Position numbers and translations under genes: made by a program. The notes beneath the pieces are model-generated. The model worked only from the letters and a program-made list of their open reading frames with translations. It was not told the DNA's origin and did no database searches. 64,000 bases of DNA. Source: a bacterium (GTDB taxonomy: Bacteria; SAR324; NAC60-12). The DNA lies in contig CBDBHR010000028.1 in NCBI GenBank assembly GCA_965205865.1, positions 192,001 through 256,000 of the forward strand, read 5' to 3'. Shown here one piece after another: positions 50,045 to 61,059 of the stretch. The stretch's first letter is position 1, and the number at the start of each line of letters is the position of its first letter.

Positions 50045-52780
50045 ATGGCAACACTTGAAACACTGACCTTCGGATCCCTTGTTCGCGGAGTGGCTCCGGA
50101 CGGGCCCACTGAGGTCGTCAACGTCAAGTGGTTCGGCGACTCGGCGGTCGAACTTACATTCAAGATACCAACCACTGGGCTCGTGGGAACTCGGCTCCTC
50201 TACCGGGATGACGAAGCCAGTTTGGAGGTGCTCGAGCGCGGGCTTCCATGGTCCTTCGATGGGGACGGCCACCTCTTCCGTCTCGTCTCCGAGGCCCAGA
50301 GAATCCGGTTAGCCCACCTCTTCGACCCGGTACTCGCCGTTCACACGTCCATTGTGGATCCTTTACCTCACCAGATCACAGCAGTGTACGACTCGATGCT
50401 GACCCGCCAACCGCTGCGTTTTCTTCTTGCCGATGACCCGGGAGCCGGTAAGACGATTATGGCCGGGTTGCTGGTAAAAGAACTCGTAGCCCGTGGTGAC
50501 CTGGAGCGTTGCCTGGTAGTGTGTCCGGGCAACCTGGCCGAGCAGTGGCAAGACGAACTCTACCGTCGATTCCAGTTGCCGTTTGAGATTATGACCAACG
50601 ACAAGCTGGAGGCCGCGCGTACGGGAAACTGGTTCTCCGAGACGCCTTTGGCCATTGCGCGTCTCGACAAGCTGGCGCGTGACGTGGATGTTCAAGCCCT
50701 GCTCCGCGCCTGCGAAGGCGGATGGGACTTGGTGATCTGCGACGAGGCCCACAAGATGTCGGCCTCTTTCTTTGGCGGCGAGATCAGGTACACCAAACGC
50801 TACCGCTTGGGTCAGATGCTCTCGACTCGCACTCGCCACTTCCTGTTGCTGACAGCAACTCCGCATAATGGCAAGGAAGAAGACTTCCAACTGTTTATGG
50901 CCCTATTGGATGGCGACCGCTTCGAAGGCCGCTTCCGGGATGGGGTACACACTGCCGACGTTACGGACCTGATGCGTCGCATGGTCAAGGAGAGGCTGTT
51001 CAAGTTCGATACCACGCCGTTGTTCCCGGAACGTCGCGCCTACGCGGTTCCTTACAAGCTGTCCGATAATGAGGCCCGTTTGTACCGGGAGGTGACCGAC
51101 TACGTGCGGGAAGAATTCAACCGCGCCGAAGCTCTTCAGAACGACAAACGTGCGGGAACCATAGGATTTGCCCTCACCATCCTGCAACGACGACTGGCGT
51201 CCTCGCCCGAGGCTATCTACCAGTCCCTTCGTAGACGGAAGGAGAGGCTGGAGAGTCGTCTCCGTGAGCTTCAACTGTTGCAACGAGGCTCGCAGGTCTC
51301 GGTGTCCCTCTCTGCAAGCGTCCCAGACTGGGACGAGGAAGACCTTGTGGACCTGGAGGACGCTCCCGGTGAAGAGGTCGCAGCGGCCGAGGAAGAGATA
51401 CTGGACCGCGCTACGGCTGCGCGGACGGTTGGTGAGCTTGAGGCCGAGATCCAAAGTCTGCGCCGGCTGGAATCGCTGGCGCAGACGGTACGGTCCAGTG
51501 GCGAAGACAAGAAATGGCAAGAACTTGCCGATCTTCTCAACAAGCTGTTTACCAATGCAGCGAAAGCAACCGGAGAGTTGTTCGTACCCTCTCAGCATCA
51601 GAAACTCGTCATCTTTACCGAATATCGGGATACCCTCAACTACCTGCGCCAACGGATTGTAACTCTCTTGGGTCGCCAGGAGTCAGTTGTCATGATTCAC
51701 GGCGGTATCGGGAGAGAGGAAAGGCATCGGGGAGTACTCCGGCAAAGCTCAGCGCTTGTCGACGACAATGACGCAGGTGACAGGCCTCGGGTCCTCTTGT
51801 ACTTGGAGCACAGCATCCAAGACGGAAGCCATACGCGCTCCGGGGAACAGAGGACCATCTCCAAGAGGACTCTCTACGTGGGACTGGATGCGGATTCCAC
51901 GGTTTTAGGCCAGGACTATGCGCCTTATCTCGACTACCGGCCTTTGGGTAATGAGGAACCAAGCCTGGAGAAGATAGTCAATCGCCCCGAGTGTAGCTGG
52001 ATCAACTGCGACCTGGAAGCGAAGGCCGTCGAATATGCCGTCTCTCATCTGGTGCCCACCCACCTTGAAGAGCTACGGTCGCGTAAGATGGAACTCCTTT
52101 CAAAAACAGAGGCAGCGGTCAAGGAACGCCTGACCAAGGAGATCGCCTACTGGGACCACCGGGCCGCCGACCTCCAGTTGCAGGAGCAAGCCGGAAAGCC
52201 CAATGCGCGCCTGAATTCCTCCGAAGCTCGCCGCAGGGCCGATGACCTGCAAGCACGCTTGCAAAAACGCATGGATGAAATTCAACGCGAGCGTCAGCTG
52301 TCGCCACTGCCCCCTGTTGTGCTGGGCGGCGTGCTGGTGGTGCCATCCGGACTCCTTCGCAAGATGACCGGTGTGGTCAGCGCGCCTCCGGCGAGTCGAG
52401 ACACGCAAGCGGCTGCGGCCAGGGCCAGGGTTGCGGTCATGGAAGTCGAGCGCGGACTTGGATTCGAGCCAGTGGATCGAGAGTCGGACAAGCTTGGCTA
52501 TGATGTCGAAAGCCGCGTGCCTGGCACCGGCAAGCTACGGTTCATCGAGGTCAAGGGCAGGGTTCAGGGCGCGTCAACCGTGACGGTCACCAAGAACGAG
52601 GTGCTCACCTCCCTGAACAAACCGGAGGACTACATCCTGGCAATCGTGGAGTTCCAAAGTGACGGGGCGGGTCATGTCCACTACGTCCGCAGACCCTTTC
52701 GCCGGGAGCCGGACTTTGGCGTGACCAGCGTCAACTACGACCTGCCGAAGTTGCTGGCTCGTGCCGAGGTACCGTCATGA
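50045..52780 (+). pseudogene. SNF2-family helicase with C-terminal DUF3883 nuclease-like domain, internally deleted
   Basis: LLADDPGAGKT, DEAH, LTATPH, IFTEYRDT present; after IHGGIGREER (~51720) helicase motifs V and VI are absent; ends GYDVES...FIEVKG. Confidence 0.82.
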
Positions 52781-55550
52781 TCGTTCGTAAGAAGCTGATA
52801 GAGGTGGACCTTCCACTGGACGAGATCAATGCGGAGTCCAAGCGGGAAAAGTCGATCAGGCATGGGCACCCTTCCACGCTTCACTTGTGGTGGGCGCGCA
52901 GGCCACTGGCCGCCTGCCGCGCCGTCATCTTTGCCAGCATGGTGGATGACCCATCCTCTTGCCCTGACGAATTCCCCACAGATGAAGAGCAACTCGCCGA
53001 ACGCACCCGGCTTCACAACATCATCCGCCAGATCGTCAAGTGGGAGAGCACCGACGAGAGGAAACCCGCATCAAGGGAGGTTAAGAATGAAGCCAGATAT
53101 GAGATTGCTCGTTCCGTTGCTCGCTCCCGCGGAGAGACCCCGTCCGACAAGGACAGGCCAACCGATGTGCTACGTTACTTGAATGACAACGCGCCGCCTA
53201 TCTACGACCCCTTCGCCGGGGGCGGTTCCATTCCCTTGGAGGCGCAGCGCCTTGGTCTGCGGGCCATTGCGTCCGATCTCAACCCTATCGCGGTGCTCAT
53301 CAACAAGGCGCTCATTGAGTTGCCTCCCAAGTTTGCCGGCAGACCGCCCGTGAACCCGGACGCCTCTGGTATCATGGGTGACACGGCTTGGCATGGGTCC
53401 GCCGGGCTTGCCGACGACATCCGATACTATGGCAAATGGATGAGAGACGAGGCGGAGAGGCGAATCGGACATCTGTACCCAAAGGTCCGGCTTCCCGATG
53501 GAGGCGTGGCCACGGTGATTGCCTGGTTGTGGGCGCGTACTGTCCCTTGTCCTAACCCGGCATGTGGGATAACGATGCCGTTGATGGTGACCTTTTAACT
53601 GTCCAAAAAGGCGAACAATCAGCATTGGACGAGGCCGGTTGTCGATCATGGGGCAAACGTTATTTCCTTCATAGTGCAGGACCACGAGGGCGGTGTGCCG
53701 AAGGAAGGCACGGTGAACCGCAATGGGGCGACTTGCTTTGCCTGCAACACTACCTCGCCACTGTCATACGTCCGTGAGCAGTCCAGATCCGGAAACATGG
53801 GCGAGCAGATGACGGCGATAGTTGCCGAAGGCGACCGCAAACGGTTGTTTCTATCGCCGACGGAGGAGCACGTCCATGTAGCGCTATCAGCACAACCGAA
53901 TGAATGTTCTATTCCCCAACAAAAAATGCCCACGAGCGCTTACAAGGTAAGCGGTCGTGCGTACGGGATTACACACTGGCACCAACTGTTTACAAATCGG
54001 CAGTTGACAGCGCTCTCCACCTTCAGCGAATTGCTGCCAACCGTGCGGGCTACGATGTTCAGGCATGGAGCAGATGAAGAGTACGCTGATGCCATCTGTA
54101 CATACATCGCTCTTGTTGTGGGAAGGAGTGCAAATAGTTGTTCTAGTTTTGCAAGATGGCAAAACACCGGCGACAAAGTCGCCGGTGTTTTCGCGCGTCA
54201 GGCAGTTCCTATGATGTGGGACTTCGCAGAGACCAACTTGTTCTGTACTTCGACACAGAATTGGATGGCTCAGGTGGAATGGATTGCAAAGGTTATCGAG
54301 CAACTACCTCCCAACGTAAACGTTGGAGAAGCGTACCAAGCAGATGCTTCCACTTCAATACTCGCTAGCGATGGTTCTGTAATAGTTACAGATCCGCCCT
54401 ACTATGACAACATCAGTTATGCAGAGCTCTCCGACTTCTTCTATGTGTGGCTGAGACCTCTGCTCCGCGATGCATACCCTGAACTGTTCGCTGGCATCCT
54501 GGTTCCCATAGACGAAGAGATGATAGCTGCACCCCGATTCGAGAATGCGAGAGAGCGATTTGAAGAACTGATGAGCAAGACCCAGAGTTTCCCTCGTCCA
54601 TCTTCTACGCCTACAAGCAGCAAGAGGAAGATCGGGATGGCAGTACTTCTACCGGCTGGGACACCATGCTTTCTGCGCTGGTCTTAGCTGGATTTCAAAT
54701 AGTCGGCACTTGGCCTATGCGCACGGAGCGCTCTGGAAGGTCTAACGCTTTGAGTGCGAATTCGTTAGCCTCTTCAGTCATTCTCGTCTGCCGAAAGCGA
54801 CACCATGACGCTCCCGTTGCGACGCGCCGGGAGTTTGTCACCGCCTTAAGGTACGAGTTGCCTAATGCGCTGCGCCAGATGCAGACGGGCAACATTGCAC
54901 CTGTGGATTTAGCCCAGGCCGCTATCGGTCCGGGGATGGCGGTATTTACCCGCTACGCTAAAGTATTAGATACCGATGGCGAGGCGGAGTCTGTGCGTGA
55001 AGCCCCCGCTCTCATCAATCAGACGTTGGATGAGGTGATGGCGGAGCAAGAGGGCGACTTCGACGCGGACACCCGCTGGGCGTTGGCCTGGTTCGAGCAA
55101 TCGGGCTTTACGGAAGGTGAATTCGGCATGGCCGAGACGCTCTGCAAAGCCAAGAACACAAGTGTGTCAGGATTGGTGGAGGCGGGTATACTGGAATCAG
55201 GCGCGGGCAAGGTGCGCCTGCTCCGGCCCAACGAATTGAAGGAAGACTGGGACCCGGAGAATGAACGAGGATTCACGATTTGGGAGGCAACTCATCACCT
55301 GGTCCGCGTCCTGGACAAGGGTGAGCTTGTCGCAGCCGAGATGATTGCCAAGCTTGGAGTCAATGCGGAAACCTCCCGTGAATTGGCCTACCGCCTCTAC
55401 CGTATCTGCGACCGGAAAAAGCGTTCCCGGGAAGCCCTGGGCTACAATTCTTTGGTTCAAAGTTGGCCGGAGATCGCTCGCTTGGCTCGAGAAGTTGGCA
55501 GAGCGCCCCGGCAAACGTCCTTTATCAGCGATGAGGGTACTACGCAATGA
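52777..55550 (+). pseudogene. DUF1156-containing N6-adenine DNA methylase, disrupted
   Basis: LHLWWARRPL, DPFAGGGSIPLEA, TDPPYY motifs; in-frame TAA at 53596-53598 and frameshift near 54580 before PEFPSSIFYAYKQ. Confidence 0.88.
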
Positions 55551-55900
55551 CCATTGAGACGATCATTTCTACCATGGTGGACCGAATCGTCGGGCGATTC
55601 CAACCGGCTCGCGTGGTGCTGTTCGGTTCCTATGCCCGTGGAACCGCCATCGAGTCGAGCGACGTGGATCTGCTTGTAGTGATGGGGGACGTTCAAGACA
55701 AACGACGTGCAGCGGTAGAGATAAGACGGTCTCTGGGCGACCTCACTATCAGTAAGGACATCGTGGTGACCACGCCGGACGAAATCGCGAGTCGAGGTGA
55801 CGTGGTGGGAAGCATACTCCACACCGCTCTTCGAGAAGGAGTGACCGTCTACCGGAAAGTTGGTCAGTACGGACTACGCACGCCGACTTGGCCGAATTGA
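55547..55900 (+). CDS. Minimal nucleotidyltransferase (MNT antitoxin)
   Basis: LFGSYARG...SDVDLLVV; natural end near EGVTVY apparently lost by a deletion. Confidence 0.88.
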   Translation: MTIETIISTMVDRIVGRFQPARVVLFGSYARGTAIESSDVDLLVVMGDVQDKRRAAVEIRRSLGDLTISKDIVVTTPDEIASRGDVVGSILHTALREGVTVYRKVGQYGLRTPTWPN

Positions 55901-56043
55901 CTGAGTGGGCGGTGGAAACAAGATACCCCGGCAACTGGCCGGAACCTGCGGATGCGGATGCAACCCGCGCCGAATCGGAGGCCCGCGCAATTTACAATTC
56001 CATAGCGGCAGAATTCAAGCGTCGTGGGGCGCTTGCAGAGTAA
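55852..56043 (+). pseudogene. C-terminal fragment of a HEPN-domain protein
   Basis: Not in the ORF track. Manual translation: PESWSVRTTHADLAELTEWAVETRYPGNWPEP...AEFKRRGALAE*; LT.WAV.TRYPG is typical of MNT-partner HEPNs. Confidence 0.75.
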
Positions 56044-56061
56044 CTTTTTAGAAAGGATCAC

Positions 56062-59000
56062 ATGGCAGCAACCAACAGAGATCGCGTAGGAAACGCGATG
56101 GACACGCTTAAAGACGGGCTCATGCCGTTCGTTTCACGTGAATTCATCAATCACTACGGGGGGAGTTCCGCGCAAGCGTTACAGAAAATCCTGGGAGAGT
56201 CGGTCTTGGATGGGAAAGAGCACTTTTCCAACATGGACGCTGCGGCGCTCCTGAGAGTTATGTGGGAGTCCTGGAACGAGGTCTATCGCGACACCCTTGG
56301 TTACGCTGAGCGGAGTCTCGTGAGCGAGTTGCGGGACATCCGTATTCGTTGGGCGCACCAAAAAGCATTCTCCGGCGATGATGCCTACCGGGCTCTCGAT
56401 TCGACTCACCGCCTCCTTTTGGCAGTCTCGGCTCCGGAGGCCGGGAAAATCGAAGGCATGAAGATGGAACTCCTGCGCGTGCGCTTCGACGAGCAGGCAA
56501 GGACGCAACGGCGCAAGACCGCCAGCGCAGTTGTAGAAAGCCAGGGAATATACGGTCTCGCCCCCTGGCGTGAAGTGGTCAGTCCGCATCAGGACGTCGC
56601 TAGCGGCAGATACCAGCAGGCCGAATTTGCGGCAGACCTCTGGCAGGTGCAGCTCGGAGAGGGGTCACCCGAATACCTCGACCCCTCTGAGTTCTTCCGC
56701 CGCACCTACTTGACGGAGAGTCTGAAACAGCTATTGAGCGGCGCAACGCAACGGCTTTCCGGCTTGGGTGGGGACCCGGTATTGCAGCTTCAGACGACCT
56801 TCGGCGGTGGCAAGACACACTCTATGCTGGCCCTTTACCATCTCTTCTCCGGAGCGACGGTCAATAAACTGTCCGGTATGGATACGGTTATGCAGGATAC
56901 CGGAGTCGAGTCACTTCCTCTGGTTAACCGTGTGGTCCTGGTCGGTAACCGGATTTCACCGGGCAATCCCGTCACCAAGGCTGATGGCACGGAAGTACGA
57001 ACGTTGTGGGGAGAGCTTGCCTGGCAGCTTGGACAGGCGGCGGGTGGCGAGTCTGAAGCCCGCCGCGCCTACGAACGGGTGCGTGTAGACGACGAACGAG
57101 CCACCAACCCCGGAGACGTGCTGCGCGAACTGCTGAACCAATACGCTCCCTCCCTCATCTTGATCGACGAATGGGTGGCCTATGCCCGCCAACTTCATGA
57201 CGAGGGCGACCTTCCCGCCGGGAGTTTCGAGACCCAGTTCACCTTCGCCCAAGCCCTCTCCGAATCGGCGAAGCTGGCGAGGGACTGCCTCCTGGTCATC
57301 AGCCTTCCGGCCTCGGACGCCACCGAATCACCCCATGCTCAAGCTGACGACGTTGAGGTGGGTGGACGGAGGGGCAGGGCCGCGCTCAGCCGTCTGGATA
57401 ACGTTATCGGGCGTCTCGAGTCCTCGTGGCGTCCGGCCAGTGCGGAGGAGAGCTTCGAGATTGTGCGCCGTCGTCTGTTTCGACCCATTGTCGATCCGTC
57501 AAACTTCGCAACCCGCGACAACGTGGCCCGGGCCTTCTGTGACCTCTACCGCGCAAGCAACCAGGAGTTTCCTCCGGAGTGCGCAGAGGCAGATTATGAG
57601 AAACGAATCAAGGCGGCGTATCCCATTCACCCGGAGGTCTTCGAGCGCCTCTATAGCGATTGGTCGACGTTACGGAGCTTTCAACGTACGCGTGGCGTCT
57701 TGAGGTTCATGGCGACGGTGATTCACAACCTCTGGGAAAAGGGTGACCGCAATCCTTTGATACTGCCGGCTCACCTTCCCATGGACGATCCCCGGGTGCA
57801 AACCGAACTCGCGCGTTATCTCCCGGAAAACTGGCTCCCCGTCATCGAGCGTGACATAGACGGCGTCAACTCTCTTCCCTTGAGGATTGACAGCGAGGTC
57901 CCAAACCTGGGTAAGTACAGTGCCTGCCGTAGGGTGGCCCGCTCGATCTATCTGGGTTCCGCGCCCATCCCGGGGGCGGCCAACCAGGGAATCGAAGACC
58001 GGAGGATCAAGCTGGGGTGCGTCATTCCGGGAGAGTCTCCCGCAGTATTCGGGGACGCGATGAGGCGACTGGGAAGCAAGGCAACTTACCTGTACCAGGA
58101 TGGCGCGCGCTACTGGTACTCGACTCAGCCGACTGTAGCCAATCTCGCCGAGAACCGGGCCGAGGAGTACCGAAGAAACCGTGACAAGGTAGACGAGGAG
58201 ATTGCTCGGAGGCTCCGGGAAGAACTGAAAAATCGGGGCGATTTCAATAAGGTCCACATCCTTCCTTCATCGGGTCACGACGTGCAAGATGACCAGGATG
58301 TGAGCCTGGTGATACTCGGCCCGAACTACCCTCATACTCGTGAAGAAGGATCAGATAGCCGTGGCATCACAGCTGCCAAATCCATACTGGAGTCGCGGGG
58401 AAACGCGCCGCGCCTGTTCAGGAACACCCTGTCCTTTTTGGCGGCGGATGAAACGCGCCTTCAAGAACTGGAGGACGGAATAAGGCGATTCCTGGCCTGG
58501 CAGTGGATTCTCGCCGACAGAGAACCTCTCGACCTTCCACCACACCAAGTACGGCAGGCCGAATCCCAACTAACCGCCGCCGAGAGCGCCGTCATTGCGC
58601 GTATCGGGGAGACTTACCAGTGGCTGCTGGCGCCTGTGCGGACAACTCCCCAATCAGACTTGGAATGGCAAGCCATCAGACTGAGCGGACAAGGATCTCT
58701 TGCAGACCGAGCCAGTAAAAGAATGCGCAACGATGAGTTGCTGGTAACCAACTTCGCCGGGACTCGCCTCCGTATGGAACTGGATCGCATACCCCTGTGG
58801 CGAGGAGACCACGTTTCGGTTCGACAACTCGTGGAAGACTTCGCGCGTTATCCCTATTTGCCCAGGCTCAAGGATCCGGCTGTGCTGCTCGAAGCAATAC
58901 GCAATGGACTGTCACTCCTCACCTGGGAGCAGGACTCTTTCGCATATGCCGACTACTATGATGAAGTAGAAGAAAGATATCGTGCTCTGCGATTCAGAGA

Positions 59001-59433
59001 ACAGATTGCTATTTCCGATAATGACCCTGGCTTGGTTGTCCGTCCGGAGGTAGCTCGTAAGCAAATAGATACGGAGGTACTGCGCGCTGCCAATGCCGCC
59101 GAGGGAAAGGGATCCACCTACGTCAAAGAATCGGAAGAACAGGGGAAGGTGCATGAGAATTCGGCAGAAGAACTTACTACGTCCACTCCACACCCTGCGG
59201 CTAGGCGCTACCACGGGTCAGTGAAACTGGACCCCACGCGTGTCGGGCGAGACGCGAGCCAGGTAGCAGACGAGGTGATCGCTCACCTGGCGGGTCTGAT
59301 GGGATCGGAAGTGAGGTTGACCCTGGAAATCGAAGCCGACATCCCGGACGGCGCACCGGAGCACGTCAAACGAATAGTTATCGAGAACAGCCGGAACCTG
59401 AATTTCGACGACAGCAGCTTTGAGAATGAGTAG
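56062..59433 (+). CDS. DUF499 AAA+ ATPase with N-terminal Swt1-like HEPN domain
   Basis: ELRDIRIRWAH (R-x4-H), PWREVVSPH.DV, EFAADL, Walker A FGGGKTH, Walker B LILIDE, YPIHPE, FQRTRGVLR; intact 1123 aa. Confidence 0.9.
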   Translation: MAATNRDRVGNAMDTLKDGLMPFVSREFINHYGGSSAQALQKILGESVLDGKEHFSNMDAAALLRVMWESWNEVYRDTLGYAERSLVSELRDIRIRWAHQKAFSGDDAYRALDSTHRLLLAVSAPEAGKIEGMKMELLRVRFDEQARTQRRKTASAVVESQGIYGLAPWREVVSPHQDVASGRYQQAEFAADLWQVQLGEGSPEYLDPSEFFRRTYLTESLKQLLSGATQRLSGLGGDPVLQLQTTFGGGKTHSMLALYHLFSGATVNKLSGMDTVMQDTGVESLPLVNRVVLVGNRISPGNPVTKADGTEVRTLWGELAWQLGQAAGGESEARRAYERVRVDDERATNPGDVLRELLNQYAPSLILIDEWVAYARQLHDEGDLPAGSFETQFTFAQALSESAKLARDCLLVISLPASDATESPHAQADDVEVGGRRGRAALSRLDNVIGRLESSWRPASAEESFEIVRRRLFRPIVDPSNFATRDNVARAFCDLYRASNQEFPPECAEADYEKRIKAAYPIHPEVFERLYSDWSTLRSFQRTRGVLRFMATVIHNLWEKGDRNPLILPAHLPMDDPRVQTELARYLPENWLPVIERDIDGVNSLPLRIDSEVPNLGKYSACRRVARSIYLGSAPIPGAANQGIEDRRIKLGCVIPGESPAVFGDAMRRLGSKATYLYQDGARYWYSTQPTVANLAENRAEEYRRNRDKVDEEIARRLREELKNRGDFNKVHILPSSGHDVQDDQDVSLVILGPNYPHTREEGSDSRGITAAKSILESRGNAPRLFRNTLSFLAADETRLQELEDGIRRFLAWQWILADREPLDLPPHQVRQAESQLTAAESAVIARIGETYQWLLAPVRTTPQSDLEWQAIRLSGQGSLADRASKRMRNDELLVTNFAGTRLRMELDRIPLWRGDHVSVRQLVEDFARYPYLPRLKDPAVLLEAIRNGLSLLTWEQDSFAYADYYDEVEERYRALRFREQIAISDNDPGLVVRPEVARKQIDTEVLRAANAAEGKGSTYVKESEEQGKVHENSAEELTTSTPHPAARRYHGSVKLDPTRVGRDASQVADEVIAHLAGLMGSEVRLTLEIEADIPDGAPEHVKRIVIENSRNLNFDDSSFENE

Positions 59434-59630
59434 GGCAGGATTCCCAACTAGGTGAATCCGTTGTTGAATTCTTAAAGGCCGACAAGCAAGGATAGCGCAA
59501 ACTATTTTGCGAGAATTTATAAGACATTGATTTGCTTGAAGAAAGGTAAATTATTTGTACTTTCCCGATGGGAGTTGATCGCCTGCGCGGTTTCAATTCG
59601 AGGCTTGTAAAAGGCAACAGTCGATTTTGA

Positions 59631-61059
59631 TCATATCCAGAAGGTCTCAGATTCGACCTCAAGCTCTCGGTAAGTTTCACGTCTCGCTGTCCGGCGAACC
59701 CGCACCAACCTGGCAATTTCCACAACAGGGGAAGCGCGAAGCTTGTCCAAGCTGGAATTCAAGACCGTTGTCATTGAACCAACGGCCGATCCGAGTTCAG
59801 GAAATATCGCAGGTTCCCAATCCGCATACCAGTGAATCCAACGAGAAAGCACGTCGTCTCCTGCTTCGAGGCGGATCTCAGAAGGACCGCATTGGACATA
59901 GGCAGACGTTCCGAACACGTTTGGTGACGCGAGTCTCACGTTTGGTGACGCGAGTCTGATGTTAAAAGCCATTTCAGTGTGGACGCGTCCAATGTACTCC
60001 GGTAAAACGCCTTGGGTCATGTCAAGAGGGTGGTCGATGGAAAGGGGATCGATACCTCCCTTCCGGCCCACCAACCCTGCCATTTTGCCGAGACGATTTT
60101 TCAGAATTGGCAAGTCGAGTGTTTCCGCCTCGGCAGGATCGGCGGTGAAGCCGGACGGGCCGATGGTCAAGCTCATGTCGAATTCAACGAAACCCGTTGT
60201 GTCAAAATCGACCACTCGGAGGGCAAGTGGTACTTCGCCGGGATTCACAGCGGCTTCTGAGCGCGCCCAGAGTTTCTGCGCAAGTTCCTTTGTACCCCCG
60301 GCGTCGCAAGAGAGAAGGTTCCTCGCCCAATCTGGTCTGTCGATGGGCTCCAGGTCGGCCAATCCTCTGTTCATCGTAAGAGCAAGCATAGCGCAGTCTT
60401 CCGCGACTTCATGCGACACTGCTCCTATTATGGCGGCAAAAGCATGTGTCCGAAGATACGCGGAGACGTAAAGTTCCCGTTGCCCATGGTCGAACTGACC
60501 CGCGACGACGCCGGTCCCCTCTGGAGCAGAAGTAGGGGTACTCGGCAGCTGGACGGGGATGGGTCACCTGAAGCCAGCGCCAGTCATGCTCCCAGCGTTT
60601 CCTGAATGGGAAATTGAACAACTCTTGAAGTCGTGTGAGCTTACTTGAAAAGATCGATGCTACTGCCCACTTGCGGTAAAGATCGAACCAAGCCTCCTGA
60701 TGCTGTGGCAACGGGGCCGGTTCGGATGGTGAAATTGCGTAACGAAATGGATAAAGGCCGCTCGCATCGGTGAAGTTTCTCTTCAGAAGCAAATCCGAAA
60801 GATGTGAAGGGGCTTGGACGGCCTTCGCTACGTCGGCGAACTCGAAGTAGGCACCGAGATCAAACGCGTCAATAATGCCAAGACCTAGTATCGCTTCGCT
60901 CTCCAATTGACGGGCACTGATCCAGTTGAGAAGACCATTCGCAGCCTCCCTCTCTTCCTCACGAATAAGGCGCGCCAAACTACGAGCCGCTTCCCATCGT
61001 ACCCGCGGGACCGGCCACAGCAGTCGTTCGAGCAGCATTAAGAGTGCGGGATCAGTCAT
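59631..61059 (-). pseudogene. Hypothetical protein (~475 codons) split by a frameshift
   Basis: ATG 61059 overlaps the upstream TGA (ATGA) with a GGAG RBS; reading switches frame near 60500 into GQFDHGQRELYVSAYLRT and continues into ORF 59631-60419. Confidence 0.65.
59916..59957. repeat. Perfect 21-bp tandem duplication
   Basis: CACGTTTGGTGACGCGAGTCT twice; encodes RLASPNV twice on the minus strand. Confidence 0.95.

Noticed and set aside
53596-53598. Recoded stop (selenocysteine or read-through) in the methylase
   Set aside because: The codon is TAA and the gene carries a second lesion; all core genes use the standard code.
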